A stretch of DNA of 64,000 nucleotides from Balanoglossus misakiensis (lineage: Eukaryota > Animalia > Hemichordata), in contig CM082589.2 of NCBI GenBank assembly GCA_040954595.2, forward strand, positions 62,001-126,000. Direction: 5' to 3'. The notes beneath the pieces were generated by a model. The model was not told the origin of the DNA and made no database searches. It saw only the letters and a program-made list of their open reading frames with translations. Both the position numbers and the translations under genes were made by a program. This document shows, piece after piece, positions 1-12,910 of the stretch (the stretch's first letter is position 1; each line of letters opens with the position of its first letter).

Positions 1-537
1 ATTACAGCAGAAGCCAGGTGTAGCCTATACAGTAAAACCATTTATGCCTGGCCAACATTCTGCCAGCAAACTTTTCATCTAATGCCACATTTTCTTAGCA
101 TTTTTTACACTATGATTCTGTGCCAGTATTAACTAAATATGCACATATTATACTGTCATTTTATGCTACCATTTCAAAAGTCCTCAGCCTGGCACAAAGA
201 CAATTTTAGATCATCTTGTGATTTATAAGTCACACGAAGGCCATATTTGATCATAGTGTGAGCGACACAAATTGGTGTGCATATGTGCAGTAACTGTATA
301 AATTCCTTGTTTAAAATTTGAAAGGAATGGCTTTAGACATGAAAAAAGTCATACATCATGATAATTATATCATCGTCCTTGTACATGTTCATGTAACAAA
401 TCTGTATGGAATTAGCCTGAGTATACAAATGCTGATCCTGTTGAAGTCCTACAAAATGTTTTCTTCACATGACTGCTTAACTAGGTTTCTACACCAAGGT
501 CATTTATGATAAGGGCATAGTTCTGCTACGGTTGGCT

Positions 538-566
538 GTTTGCTTGCTTGCTTGCTTGCTTGCTTG
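538..566. repeat. (TTGC)n microsatellite
   Basis: TTGCTTGCTTGCTTGCTTGCTTGCTTG. Confidence 0.9.
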
Positions 567-1760
567 TCAGTAAAACAATCTGTCATTCCCCAGCCATAGC
601 CATTCCAATTCTGACATTGATGGCAATATTCTCCTTACCATCCAAGGACATGAGTGCATCAGTGTTTCCTCTAAACCCATATGACTCAACAAACTCACTG
701 GTGACTCAAGAAAATTATCCACAATACTTCTGAAATGTCTCAGGTCAGATACTGGCATAAATTATTACGTGTGAACGGTTTAAGTTGTCCTGGATTTGAG
801 TCGGCTTTGCTTTCAGATTTGAGTCGGCAAAGCCGGCCCCACTTAATTGTTTTTGTTTTAGTCTCAGTGATACAATGGCTAATTTCTTCATTTCTATAAA
901 ATAATTAATAACCAACAATACAAAACCTGAACCTGCAGGAGTATTCATTTATCTTTCTTTGGTGCTACACCTAAATATAATTCCAGTGTCAAATGGGCAT
1001 CGCCAACCTTATATACAATTGAACACGGAATCAACTCCACAATTGATTCTTTTGTGTCCGTCTTTGACAATAAACAGGCTTTTTCTTTCACTTATTCCTT
1101 TGTTTCACTTTGTTTTCAATAAATAAAACTGGTATATACACTATGGTGTCTACAAAAATGGGCGTGGGCACTTTTAAGAAGTCATACAACCTTGACAATA
1201 TTACACACTGTCACAAAGCAGATGAAGCCTGAAGTTGAACTTTTTCAAAACAAAAAAACATAAACAATGCAAAAATGGTACGTTTTTTTTTCAATGCTAC
1301 TTAAACGATATTCACTAATTTAGACCAATTGGTTTGTTTTATGTATATTAACGACTTTTGCCTCATTCAGCTAACAGGCAAATCCATCGTGTAGCATGAA
1401 ACCTACGTTATCTACTTGAAATTTATCGTGTCTTGTGGACGAACCCATTTCCCACCGCCATTTTGAATACTACAACGAACTACATGTAGTTTGAGCACTG
1501 CAAGTTGTGCAAATTCGAAAAAACACCGACGCTTACCTTGCGTTTCCCAACTTGAATGCGGGTCAGAGACTACAGGCATGCCTCACATAAACGTCAAGTG
1601 CGTGTATTACACAGTCGAGCGGCTGAAAATTCGGATGGCCCGATCGCTGAACGAAATCTCCAGCTAAAATTCCTGGCACCAGTAATCTACTGTAGGTCAC
1701 GTTGTTGTGCGCCACCAACGATAACAAAATGTTTCTTTTTCACTTTTTTTAAATGGTATT

Positions 1761-1829
1761 GCCTGGGCTCGAACCAACGCACACCCCTTACCCACTGAGT
1801 TCGTGGACAAATCTTCTCGACCATACTCC
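1761..1829 (-). mobile_element. Possible tRNA-derived SINE head or tRNA pseudogene
   Basis: Minus strand A-box-like TGGTCGAG and B-box GGTTCGAGCCC about 45 nt apart, followed by an A-rich stretch; I cannot fold a clean cloverleaf. Confidence 0.3.
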
Positions 1830-3223
1830 CGAATTAGAAAAATAGCTGCTCACTTGAACTTGTGTAGAAGCGCTTGTCGGCTGTGAACTTGATCGTATCG
1901 ATGGCGCAGCGATTGGCTGTTCATGTGCTTGCCGAGAGAAGCCGCGTAGCATAGCATCAACACGTTTAAATTAAATACGGTACTTCTAAGTATGTTTTTT
2001 TTTCTTTTTATGCAACAATTATATTTCTGACAACTACTGGAAAAATAGTCTTTACCATTCAGGGACTGTTTATGTATCATTATCGCTTTATCGATCTGAT
2101 ATTGACTTGTCACCCAATACGTACACCCTCACTATATCCGCCCTCCTCAAAAATAAATTAATACAAAACGACCTAGCTGTAATAGCCACATTTATTTTTA
2201 TACGCACCTATATTTTCAGACTATTCAAGGTTTACACAAATGTTCAAGGTTACGGCCCAGGGGTTACCGCGAATGACATTTTGTGTATTATTGGGTAACA
2301 TCGCCAGCTTCCAAGTTCGAATCTAATATTGGAAATCGGACAATATTGGATTAACAGCTGATGCCTATAAGAGAGGGGTGAATGGGCCATATGTATCACA
2401 CAAACAGATTTATCGGATAATTATGTGGGGCAAAGAAGACATAATCCACTTTGCTATATTTTATTTCCCCCGTGCAACATTATTTATGAAAACCAAATGC
2501 CACCTAGTCGAATCGCAATATAGGCCTAACATCCCTTGGAATTATAGAGCCGATGAGCAGTCCAACATATCCAATTTTGTTTTCCCAATTAACCGATTAC
2601 AACATGCTGATAAACAGCAGTTCAAGCTGGTCTAGTTCTCACAACAAAGACTTATATAAATAAGTCGTGCGAACATGTGTGATCGCAATCTGTTTTTGTG
2701 GCTAAACCTTCTGCTCATTATGCACGCGAAGAACCAGAACTTGGACGTGAGACCATACGTAGCCGACGGTTGTATTCTACAGGTGGTACGTGTAAACTGT
2801 ATCTCTCTGCACATATAGTATTGACAGAGACGGTTAATAGGGAATCTTTGCAAGAAAATGTGTTGTTCATGAAAGCTAACATCGTAAATATCAAAATCAA
2901 ATTAATCTGATCTGATATGATTTGGTTTGATTAGATTTGATTAAAATGTCAATTCCTTATCAACCTCAAAGAGGCATATGTTATGCACAGCCGACCTCTT
3001 CGTTTCCCAATATCACAGACAATATCATATTGTTTTATATAGAAATGTCCCCGTAAACAAATACGGGCTTCTGACTGTTTTGTCATGCAGGTTAACCACG
3101 TGACACATCTCCATCACCACACAGGTTGGAAGATCGGTGACACTGGTACGTCAACGAGGAACCACGACACGGACACCGCGCCACTCCCTGTTCAGTAAAA
3201 AAAATTGAAGGACAGTCGTGGCA

Positions 3224-6200
3224 ATGGCGCACGTAAAAGAAACTATTCAGCTCGGGGAAATGTTTCTGGAAGCGGCAGAAGCTGGTGACAAAAAGACTAT
3301 ACTGGCAGCTTTGGATAAACACCACCTTTTCGACGTCAACTGTGTAGACTCCGAAGGCAAAACAGCATTGGTCCTGGCTGTGGAAAATGCACAAACAGGT
3401 AAGGTGTTCTAGTCGTGTAGCGGTAGGTAGCTCTTTAATTTGTGATAGTCCCAACAAGGTGACAACTATACGTAAAATGCTATAGTTGTTTTAAGTGTGA
3501 TAGAAATGTAAAGTGCAGTAGTCGAACCAAGTTTTTGCTTCTTCTAAAGAAATTGCTCAATGATCTGTCAAATCTATTATTTTCAAGTTCATGTAACACA
3601 AAAGTATACATTAGGCCTACATCGATCGCGAAGTTTGGTAAACACTATCAGCAAGTTGGCCCGGTAGTGGTATTCTGAGTACTAATAGAATTAAATATTC
3701 TTATTTTGCGAAATGTTGGATCGGAGGAAATTAGACCAAAATAGACCGAATGTAAGGAATCAAGGACATAGAGAAAAAAAGGTATCATAATGCCCTCACA
3801 GCCATGGTTATACTGCATATAGTAATATTTGCTTTTATTTACATTTCATTTTTAACACATGAGGGTAGTATTGTACCTGCATGGTTTAGACTCAATTAAT
3901 ATTTTCTATTTTGGGGTGGTTGTAATAAAAGTCGTAAGTGAAATATTGTCAACATACAATGTATATGTGTGTGAGTGTGTGTATGTGTATGTCTGAATCG
4001 AATTCGCGATACACAGAAAGAATATTTCATTTCTTGCATACGTGTGTTGGACTAAACAGCACGACACAGTGTAAAAGACAGTTTGAGTGAATTAATTTGT
4101 GCAAGAACATTTGGTATAATCGCTAATAAAAACATGAGATATTAAAAATACGGATTGTGTCTGAGAAAGTTCACTTATTCAAGTGCAGGTAAATAGATTT
4201 TAAATATAGGCTAGTTTTATTTTGAGTAGGCCATCGATAAGCGTACGTGCAACGATATTTCACAAAAATAATTTCTGAATTCTTTCCAGTTTCCGATGGG
4301 TGAGCAATATTTGTGACTTTTTCCAAAGGATACATAAAGCGTTTTTTTTTTTCGTTTTTTTTTTTTTTTTTTACAAATTCTGATACTTTAAAACATTTAC
4401 GTCAAATCCAAGCATTTCAATTCAGCAGAACTGACAGAAAATGAGTACGTTAGGCCCGTCAGTTAAAACCCCCACATAAAACTGACATGAAGAATCACAA
4501 ATGGCCAGCATAAACTCTGACACGTACAATCTAACAATAGACAGTGTCATGTTTGTGTCGTTTTGGAGAGTGATCACTATTGTCATGTCGAAATATTGTC
4601 AGCTTGTTGTGAATATGATTAAAAACATGCATGCATAATTCGGGTATTAAAAGAGGCTAATTAAAAAGTATAAAAATATTTCTTTTGTCATGACTAGCTG
4701 GTGGAAACAAGTGGCAGAACAAATGGCCGTCCTTGTGTGCGGTTTAAAACATGTCAAAACCGGTCGTTGCGGTACCGGTAAAAAGTGAAATGGATGAGGC
4801 ATCTTATCTATTTCTGTAGAATAATCACCTATAAAATCCATGGTAAAGTTCAAAACCAACATTCCCCTTCGTTTTATTTAGATAATCATGTAACTATACG
4901 CACACTGAAACTCCAACACCGAAATTGTGACGTTTTAATTCACTGCAAAGACTTCAGAACTGCTACCTGTGGCTGTAAATAACTCTGAAGTCAACCATGA
5001 AGTGACCTTGTGTAACCACTGTAGATTGGTGAGAACAATTAAGAGAGATTGGCATGAATCTCCCGAAGGTGCACGTGATTATTGTGTCTTTCGGAACATG
5101 TCATAACAAGAATGCATCGATCTGGGAGGGGGCTCCATATAGAAGCCAATTAAAATAGTGATGATAGGCAAGATTCACTGTCAAAATTCGTACTGTCACA
5201 TTCCAACGCGATCGAGCCGACCATTTAGATATATTTACTTGCATTTTAGACTTGTTTGTTTATTGTCATAGATCACATCAATATCATACTCAAAAGCAAA
5301 TTCGACGCATTTCGTCATATTATCATTTGCACAGTGTTCTGTTTACAACATTATTAGCCACAAAACAAGGCGCAATCCCAACAAATGTACATGTACTGTT
5401 CACAATTATAACAATTAAAATATAAAATATAGTAGAACGTGGTCACCTTTGTTAAACTCAAAAATAAAACGAACCTTATATGGTGGGGGTTTTTTTTATG
5501 AAGTTCTTGTTTACAATTTATTCGTTGCGTTCTCAGGAAACACTTAAAATTTATGTTTTAGTCGAATGCATTACCGAATTAATTTGTGCACTAAACGATA
5601 ACGCAACATATGTTACATGAACAGGTTAATAAGCTTCGTTAGCTGCAGAGCGATGGCACAACTGTTACTAAATTTGAATAATCCACTGTTTCGTTACGAA
5701 ACATGCACTGTAATTTCTCCTCGATGTATACCGAGAGGCCGTTGAAAATAAAATTAGTTCTGATATTTCATATGGGAACGTAAAGCATTCAAAATGTACA
5801 CTTTCAGTAATATTCAAACATAAATTTTCAAAATGACATCATTCAAACAATAGTTTAAGAGTGCTCAACAAGGGCAAATTCATTCAATCAATTCATACAA
5901 CCCAGTACAGCAAAATACAAACAAGCAGATAAGTCTTTCTTCATAATCTGGATAAATTAAAATGATATTTAGAAAATATTCAAATTTTTCACACATTGAT
6001 AGTTAAAATCAATCTACTTTTATTTTTCAGAAATTGTCGAAATCTTAGCATCTAATCAAGCAGTGGACCTTGGAGACGCTTTGCTCCGTGCTGTTAGTAA
6101 TAATTTTATAATAGAGACACGAGTGCTTCTTGAAATCATAGAAATCCGTCAACTATTACCGGTAAGTGATTGGGCTTTTACACTAGACTGGAAATAAACT

Positions 6201-9200
6201 AGTATGTTATCTTCACAGTGAATATCGCAATGCACATATTTATGGCGGTGAACGTTTCCACTATTTGATTCAAATGCGCAAACTATGCTGAGCTTTTAAA
6301 ATAAGATTCGATTGCGCTTGCGCTAATTCATTCTTCAGTCGACTGTGTACATTTTAATTGTATATGGGTACGTTTTAACCAACATTAATTGTTTATTTTT
6401 GCCTTTTAAATACAGTACGGTCTATACTGTCGAGCTAGTAATAGTGACTTTCATCCCTACGTCACCCCAGTAGTTTTAGCGGCTCAGAACAATTATTATG
6501 ACATACTGAAGTCATTGGTTCTTGACTACGGAGCGAGGGTGAATGACCCAACGTCCATAATAGATGGTGAAGATGAAGATTCCTTGGAGCACGCGGTTGG
6601 CGCCCTCAACCTCTACCGTGCACTCACCAGCGAAGCATACATCACACTAACGGCGGATGATCCAATCGAATGCGCCTTCAAGCTGAGTCGAAAGATGAGG
6701 GAATATAGCATTAAGAATTTTGAATTTCGATTTGAATTTGATGAGCTGGCGCAGAAATGCGAGGTGTTGGCGGCAGATATCCTGGCACTTGTACAGTCGA
6801 CGGATGAACTGACGGTTACGCTAACTCATCGATCACAGGAAAATGGTTCTGCCAAGGGAGATATTCATTCATCTGACAGTCCCTTTGAAGAATTGTTGGT
6901 ACCTCACAAAATCAAGACCGCTATTGATTATGACCAAAAAAAGGCAAGTTCTGCTATGTTGGTGGTCATGATTTTTAATTTAAATTAAAATATTTTCAGG
7001 AGTGACGGGACACATAGGCCATCTAGGACAAAAGGGGACATGAAAAAAGTACAATGTTTCTATATACGGTGACAGTCCCTCAAGAAAGACAGTCGGGAAT
7101 CGCCGATTGTTCGGACGTGTGAACGAGAGGATTAGCTGTAGGATGCGCATTATGGTCACGTGACCATCTTAGAGTTGCGCTTTTTCCTTGGAAGCAAGCG
7201 ACAGCGACAGTCGCTCTACTATCTGCGATGATTTCCCCGATATGTTAAATATGTTTCAAGTATATTCCAATTCAGTACATTAAATTCATTCGACATGTTT
7301 TTAAAGACAGGGGAAGTGCACATTTTGTGTATCAAATCGCTTCTTGTAGCACTCACGGGCGTTGTAATTTTCAACTGTGGATTGTGGGCATACACATTTT
7401 GCGGGCGTTTTTTGGACCGCTTTATTTTTGACCCTTTTTTTCTATGTTTTTTTTTTCTCGATAACTGTTACCAAAAGCTATGTATGTTAACTCCAATATA
7501 TAAGGTGTTAGGCAACCATATCGAAAATGAACGTTCTATTATACTTGTGCAGAAATCGGTCATTTGCATCGATGTTTGATTTACGCTGAAACAAACACAT
7601 TTTGCGAGCGTTTCTGGTACCGCTTCATTTTCTGACCCTTTTTTCGATGTTTGTTTTCTCGATAAATTTTACCAAAAGCTATGTATGTTAACTCCAATAT
7701 AAGGTGTTAGGCAATGTTACCGAGAAAATTGTATGAAAATTCCATGTTGCTTTTTGAGCTGCACAGTGATCGCCGTCGACCAGAAAGGAAGCCCCACCAA
7801 ATACACTGTCTTCGATCACTCACTGTCCAGTACGTATTCCTGGGTCGCGTTCTGATCGACAAGGTCAGGATAATAGAATAAGATTTACAAATCGACGTGT
7901 GGTGAAGGGACTGTATCTTAAACGACATTTCTACAACAGCTACAGTACACAGAAATTTTCCACACATGTGCTAAATAAATTATGATGCATTCTGGGGGAA
8001 ATGACATCACCGCATATGCTAATCTGATCTAAAATATTGCTTCATACGTGTTAAAAACCCTCAGCCTATATTAATATACAAATAATGGTTTGACGTTGTC
8101 TTTTTTCTTACAGTTTGTGGCACATGCACATTGCCAGCACCGTCTGGTAGAAATGTGGTACAGAGGACTTCACAATTGGCGTCGGAAGAGCGGCTTCCAA
8201 ACATTTTCTTTATCTCTGCTCATCATGATCTTCTTTCCAATACTTTCCCTTTGCTTCATCTTTGCACCACACCAACGTCCAGGTAAACTCTTGAAGATCC
8301 CGTATGTGAAGTTCCTGTGCAGTGTAGCGTCGACGCTTACATTTCTTCTGCTGCTAACTCTGCAGAGTTTTGAGCTCCAGTTCACTCTCCATACATTATA
8401 TATTCATGTAATGGGAATGGCTGATCAACAGCAGGAGAGCGGACATAGTTTACTTACACAACTCCTATTTTCAACCGTTGAAGTTTTAATTGTCTTATGG
8501 GTGATAGGTAAGAATTATATAAATATGAGAGAATTATGACAAGCTTTTTACAAGATGGCAGAAGGATTGCCTTTGTATGAACCAATATCCTGCGATAAGC
8601 AAAGTTCGCCTATCCGAGGCCAATTTCTACGGAAAAAATAACATGTGCTAGAACATAGAGTACAAAAATAAATTCAGGTTCGTGCAAAAACTCTAAGACG
8701 ACTTATCATTTGTAAATACCTTCAAATGGTTTAAGTACGATAAATGATTGTATTGTAATGGCCACCAAACATATTTTCAGTGGAAATTAATGCATAGTGC
8801 TTATGTCAACCGTCTGTTGTTGTTTTTTTGTTTAATTTTGATAGCATATACTTGGTGTCACATTCGTGAGCTATGGACAAATGGTGTCTTCAAAGTTTTG
8901 AATTTTAACGCCCAAGGGAAGTTATATGATTACTTTAATCTTCTGTTATTTTGGATATGGATTATACTGCGGTTAACAGTCATCTTGAAGGTATGCTTTT
9001 TATTCTGTCAACTATAAGTCCACTTTTCAATTGGCTTACTCAAATTGTAGACGAACCCACAATGCCAATTGTCTGATGTTTTAAAAGGGACTTGTAACGG
9101 AACACAACAAATTACCAATAACATTACAAGGTGAAACACCATGCATTTGTTTGTTTGTTTGAACGCACCAATCTGCATGATTGGATTACCATACGAATGA

Positions 9201-12200
9201 TATCGTTGTCCACAATTTTCATTTTTCCTGTAGATTACAAATAATAATGTTATAGATACTGTGGGCAATAATGAAGTTGCAAACAGCAGTAGCAGCACCA
9301 TTGACGAGGTTTGTCCAGTTGAAAATTGGGAAACACCAGAATTGGGGTGTTTGAATTCCAAACTGGATGCATTACTGAGACAGCAGACAAATTTCCAAGT
9401 AAACATAACAACAATCATCAGTCAACTGGAAGAGATCAAGAATCAGGCAGAAGCAGCTTCAGCCACAAGACAAAGGCGCTCTCCATCTCCGGCCAAATTA
9501 ATTAACAGAGGTCAAGGGAGTGTAACCGATGACAATGGCGTTTCAGGGACTCCAAGTATAGATGAAGTACAAGGAGCAGCGATTATAAGAATATCACTCT
9601 TTGCTGAAGGATTTATAGCGCTGGCAAAAACTCTGTGTTTTTTAAGCCTTGTCAGAATAACTGTGGTACATTTGCTTATTGGGCCAATGCAAATATCCTT
9701 TGGTCGTATGGGAACAGACATCATCAAATTTATGGCTATATTTATATTGGTGTTAATTGCCTTTTCTGTTGGACTCCATCAAGTGTATCATTTCAGCAAA
9801 TATCTCATGAAGTTACAAGAATGCACAGTTGCTGGGGACCTGGCGTGTTCCGACTCACCTGATAGGTAACCATGCGTTTTCTAAAATGATAAATTGTATA
9901 AAAGACTTTATAACAATCGCTGAATTGGTTTGCTACTGGCTGTTCTTATTTCTCAGGTGATAATTTCGATAGTTTAAAGGGGAAATCCAGTCCAGCTGAT
10001 TTCTATATAATTTGGTAGCTTGGAGGTCAATCTTTCAGAAAAAAACATTCGCCATGTATAAGTCGCATGTTTTTTTACAAAAACGAGGGAAAGTTGGCAG
10101 AATTTCCAATATGGCGTTTACTGTAATTTGAATAATGGGAAAAAAAGTGCCAGGACCAACTTACGCCCACCTTGGTGTGGGTGATACCATTTTCCGATTG
10201 GTGTCACTGCATGACAGGCTAACCGTATTTGCATATTTTTCATGGGTTATACCTCATGAAAACTGTCAACAGATGACAAATTTTCTACTTTGCTCCTGAT
10301 TGTCTATCAACTGATGCAAAGTACAAACAATAGCTATAAAGCTATAAGTTTTCACTATTGAATAATTTTACTCTTTTCTGTACGAATACAGTTTGTTCCA
10401 ATCAATCTCTGCGTTATTTTGGACTATGTTCGGGATGGCAAATATGTCTGACTTGAAAACGGATCAAGACCATTGGTTCACAGACATATTAGGATACTCG
10501 ATGTATGCTGCATACAACTTGGTCGCCATTGTTGTCCTCTTGAATATTTTGATCGCTATGATGAGTAATACATATACAAGAATTGAGGTATGTTAACATG
10601 TCAGAGAAATCAGAGGACAGATCTGCATGTAAAATATCCATAAGACATGTTCACTGTCCCAGTAAAAACAGTTATAGGGACTGTGAAAGATTATTTTGAT
10701 AAAACGATCAGCTGCCTATAAAGCTGCCTAAAGTTGTCAATTGCTTATGAACTGCAATGTATTTTCTCTTCTCAACAACAGGAAGATGCTGATACTCACT
10801 GGAAATTTTCACGTGCAACACTGTGGATAAGTTTTTACGATTCTAGTCAAGCCCTATCCCCACCGTTCAATCTTATCCCATCAATGAATTCCCTCATTAA
10901 AATATGCAGATGCGGTGCTCTCAACTGTTCTGAAGAATCCAAAGTAAGTCTGTTTGTTTGTTTGTTTGTTGTCCTGATATATAATAATCCAGGCATGTAC
11001 TAAACAGACAGGTGATCGAAACTGTAGAATTCTTCAGCTATATGGGAGAGAAGAGAGGGGGAAAGACAGAAGCAGGGAGAGACAAAGAAACAGAGAAAGC
11101 GAGACGGAGAGACAGAGCCAGGGGGAGAGAGAGAGAGAAAAAAAACCGTTACCAAATCATGGGGCTTAAATGTATACATACATCTTGTATAGAGAGAGAG
11201 TCAGTCGACTCGATATCAGTCATTCATAATTCACCACATGAAGGTCAAATGTTGTCATTTATCGTATTATTTTAAATACATTCAGCAAGTGTCACAGGTA
11301 TTTGAAGCTCCTAAAGAACACGCATTTAAATTAAAGTCCTTGTTAAGAAAGTGGACAGTAAGTATCCAACGATTACATTGTCATTATGTGGTGCCAATAT
11401 TTCAATGATCAGGCAAAAATGTATGATTTATTTCTGGTCCTTGTGTGCATTTCTTGAAAATTATTAAGTTGCATCCTTCTTGACAATAAAAATGACGAAT
11501 GTTATATCGTGTCTGAATTTGTCATTTTCGGTAAAATCATTTCCTAGAATGCCACGGCAAGCGTTTGCCTTTGTTTTTGAATGATCCCCTTACCACATGG
11601 ACCAGAAACAAATAAAATATTTGGGACCTTAATTGGTTAATGGGCACACTGTGTACTAACAAAACTAAAACTGGTTACAAAATGCACCTATAACACTGAA
11701 ACTGACACTATATATACCCTTATATGTATAACCCTAACCCTAACCCCACAAATATATCACCCATGTGTACGCACATAGCTAAGTCTGTTCCTGTGATGTT
11801 GCAAAGATTTTCCAAACGATTTGATTTTCTCTGTCCAACAATCACAATGTTTACCCTCAAAATAGAAGTGTACATAACTATACGTCTTTTGATGTGATTT
11901 GTATTTGTGATCGAATAAAATGTACTGAAAATATGGTTTCATTTGATTTTCAGGGGAAGAAACCTGAGGTGGATAAACGTGCAAAATCATACACTGTAAG
12001 TATTTAAAGCCTAATTGGTTGTGGTATCTTGGTTCTGCGTACAGAGGCGTGTCGCCTTGTCTAGACCTTCGAGCAAGTGTGGATGTAACACTGCGTACAG
12101 GTGTGGATGGAACTGAGTGCATGCTGTAAACGATCACACACTGGCGAATACAAGTACTGCAAATGCGTTGGTTCGCTATCCTGTTTGTATTGTAGACACA

Positions 12201-12910
12201 ATGATAGACCGCTTATCCCTTGCCACTTCTACCATATTGTCGAGAATCTCATCTTGTTCAGACTAAATTGGGTTGTTTCTTGTGTCTATTGTTTTTTCCT
12301 ACCGTTTTTGTATTATTATTCTTAGGAATTAATGAAAGAGCTGAGCCAGCGTTATGCATTCGCAAAACTGAAAAAGGATGAAGAGAAGAAAGATCCGTTG
12401 ATAATGCAGTTAAAGCGAGACATATCTGGACTGAGAACCGAAACAAAGGAAAGTCTAGATACAATGGGTCACACCATGAAAGAAATTGCTGGTGAAGAAG
12501 TTGAAGAAGAAGAGAATGATCTGACTCGTGCACTTGAAGAAGTGGAAAAGATCGCCCAGCAAGGACCAGTCAATATCGAATCATTCCGTCACCCGGTTAA
12601 CCAAACAATCCGTGAAGTTGACTTACCCTTCGCAGATGAATTATCAATCAAATCAGAAGATGATGATCCCGTTCGTCGATCGGAGCTACTCAAGCCAAAC
12701 AGCAAATGGGTGAACCTGCGTGCTTCAGTGTATCGTGGAAGACGACGTCGGTCAGTAAATGTACTCCCGTCTCTAAGACCGTATGCAGCACAAACAGATG
12801 AAGGAAGCGACTTGCCGGGATCCAAACAGCTTGAAACCGAGATGCAAATCAGAATGCCAAATCGTCGGAAAAGTTCAAGTTCAACCTCTAGCCGTGTTTC
12901 TGATGTATAA
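3224..12910 (+). CDS. TRPC-family (short transient receptor potential) cation channel, divergent; about 10 coding exons
   Basis: Exons about 3224-3398, 6031-6161, 6416-6943, 8114-8507, 8845-8990, 9234-9865, 10392-10587, 10782-10943, 11286-11357, 12326-12910. Ankyrin repeats (VNCVDSEGKTALVLAVEN; TPVVLAAQNNYYDIL), DPIECAFKLS, AIDYDQKK|FVAHAHCQ, PYVKF, GPMQISFGRM, pore LFWTMFG, VVLLNILIAMMSNTY, TRP box HWKFSRATLW, PPFNLIP. In-frame TGA at 3206 supports ATG 3224 as start. Confidence 0.93.
6944..8113 (+). other. GC-AG intron in the TRPC gene
   Basis: AAG|GCAAGT donor joins DYDQKK to FVAHAHCQ in frame, restoring the conserved TRPC QKxFVA motif; no suitable GT donor at that position. Confidence 0.85.
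7392..7714. repeat. Imperfect direct duplication (about 120-bp core, about 205-bp period) in TRPC intron
   Basis: ACACATTTTGCG...TACCAAAAGCTATGTATGTTAACTCCAATATA..AGGTGTTAGGCAA at about 7392-7514 and 7596-7714. Confidence 0.85.

Noticed and set aside
3091-3223. Frameshift or pseudogenisation at the A-run upstream of the TRPC start
   Set aside because: Downstream exons are intact and ATG 3224 precedes the first ankyrin repeat; the region is most simply 5'UTR.
9974-10260. TTAAAGGGGAAATCC as a Kolobok-type transposon end
   Set aside because: No matching opposite terminus found.
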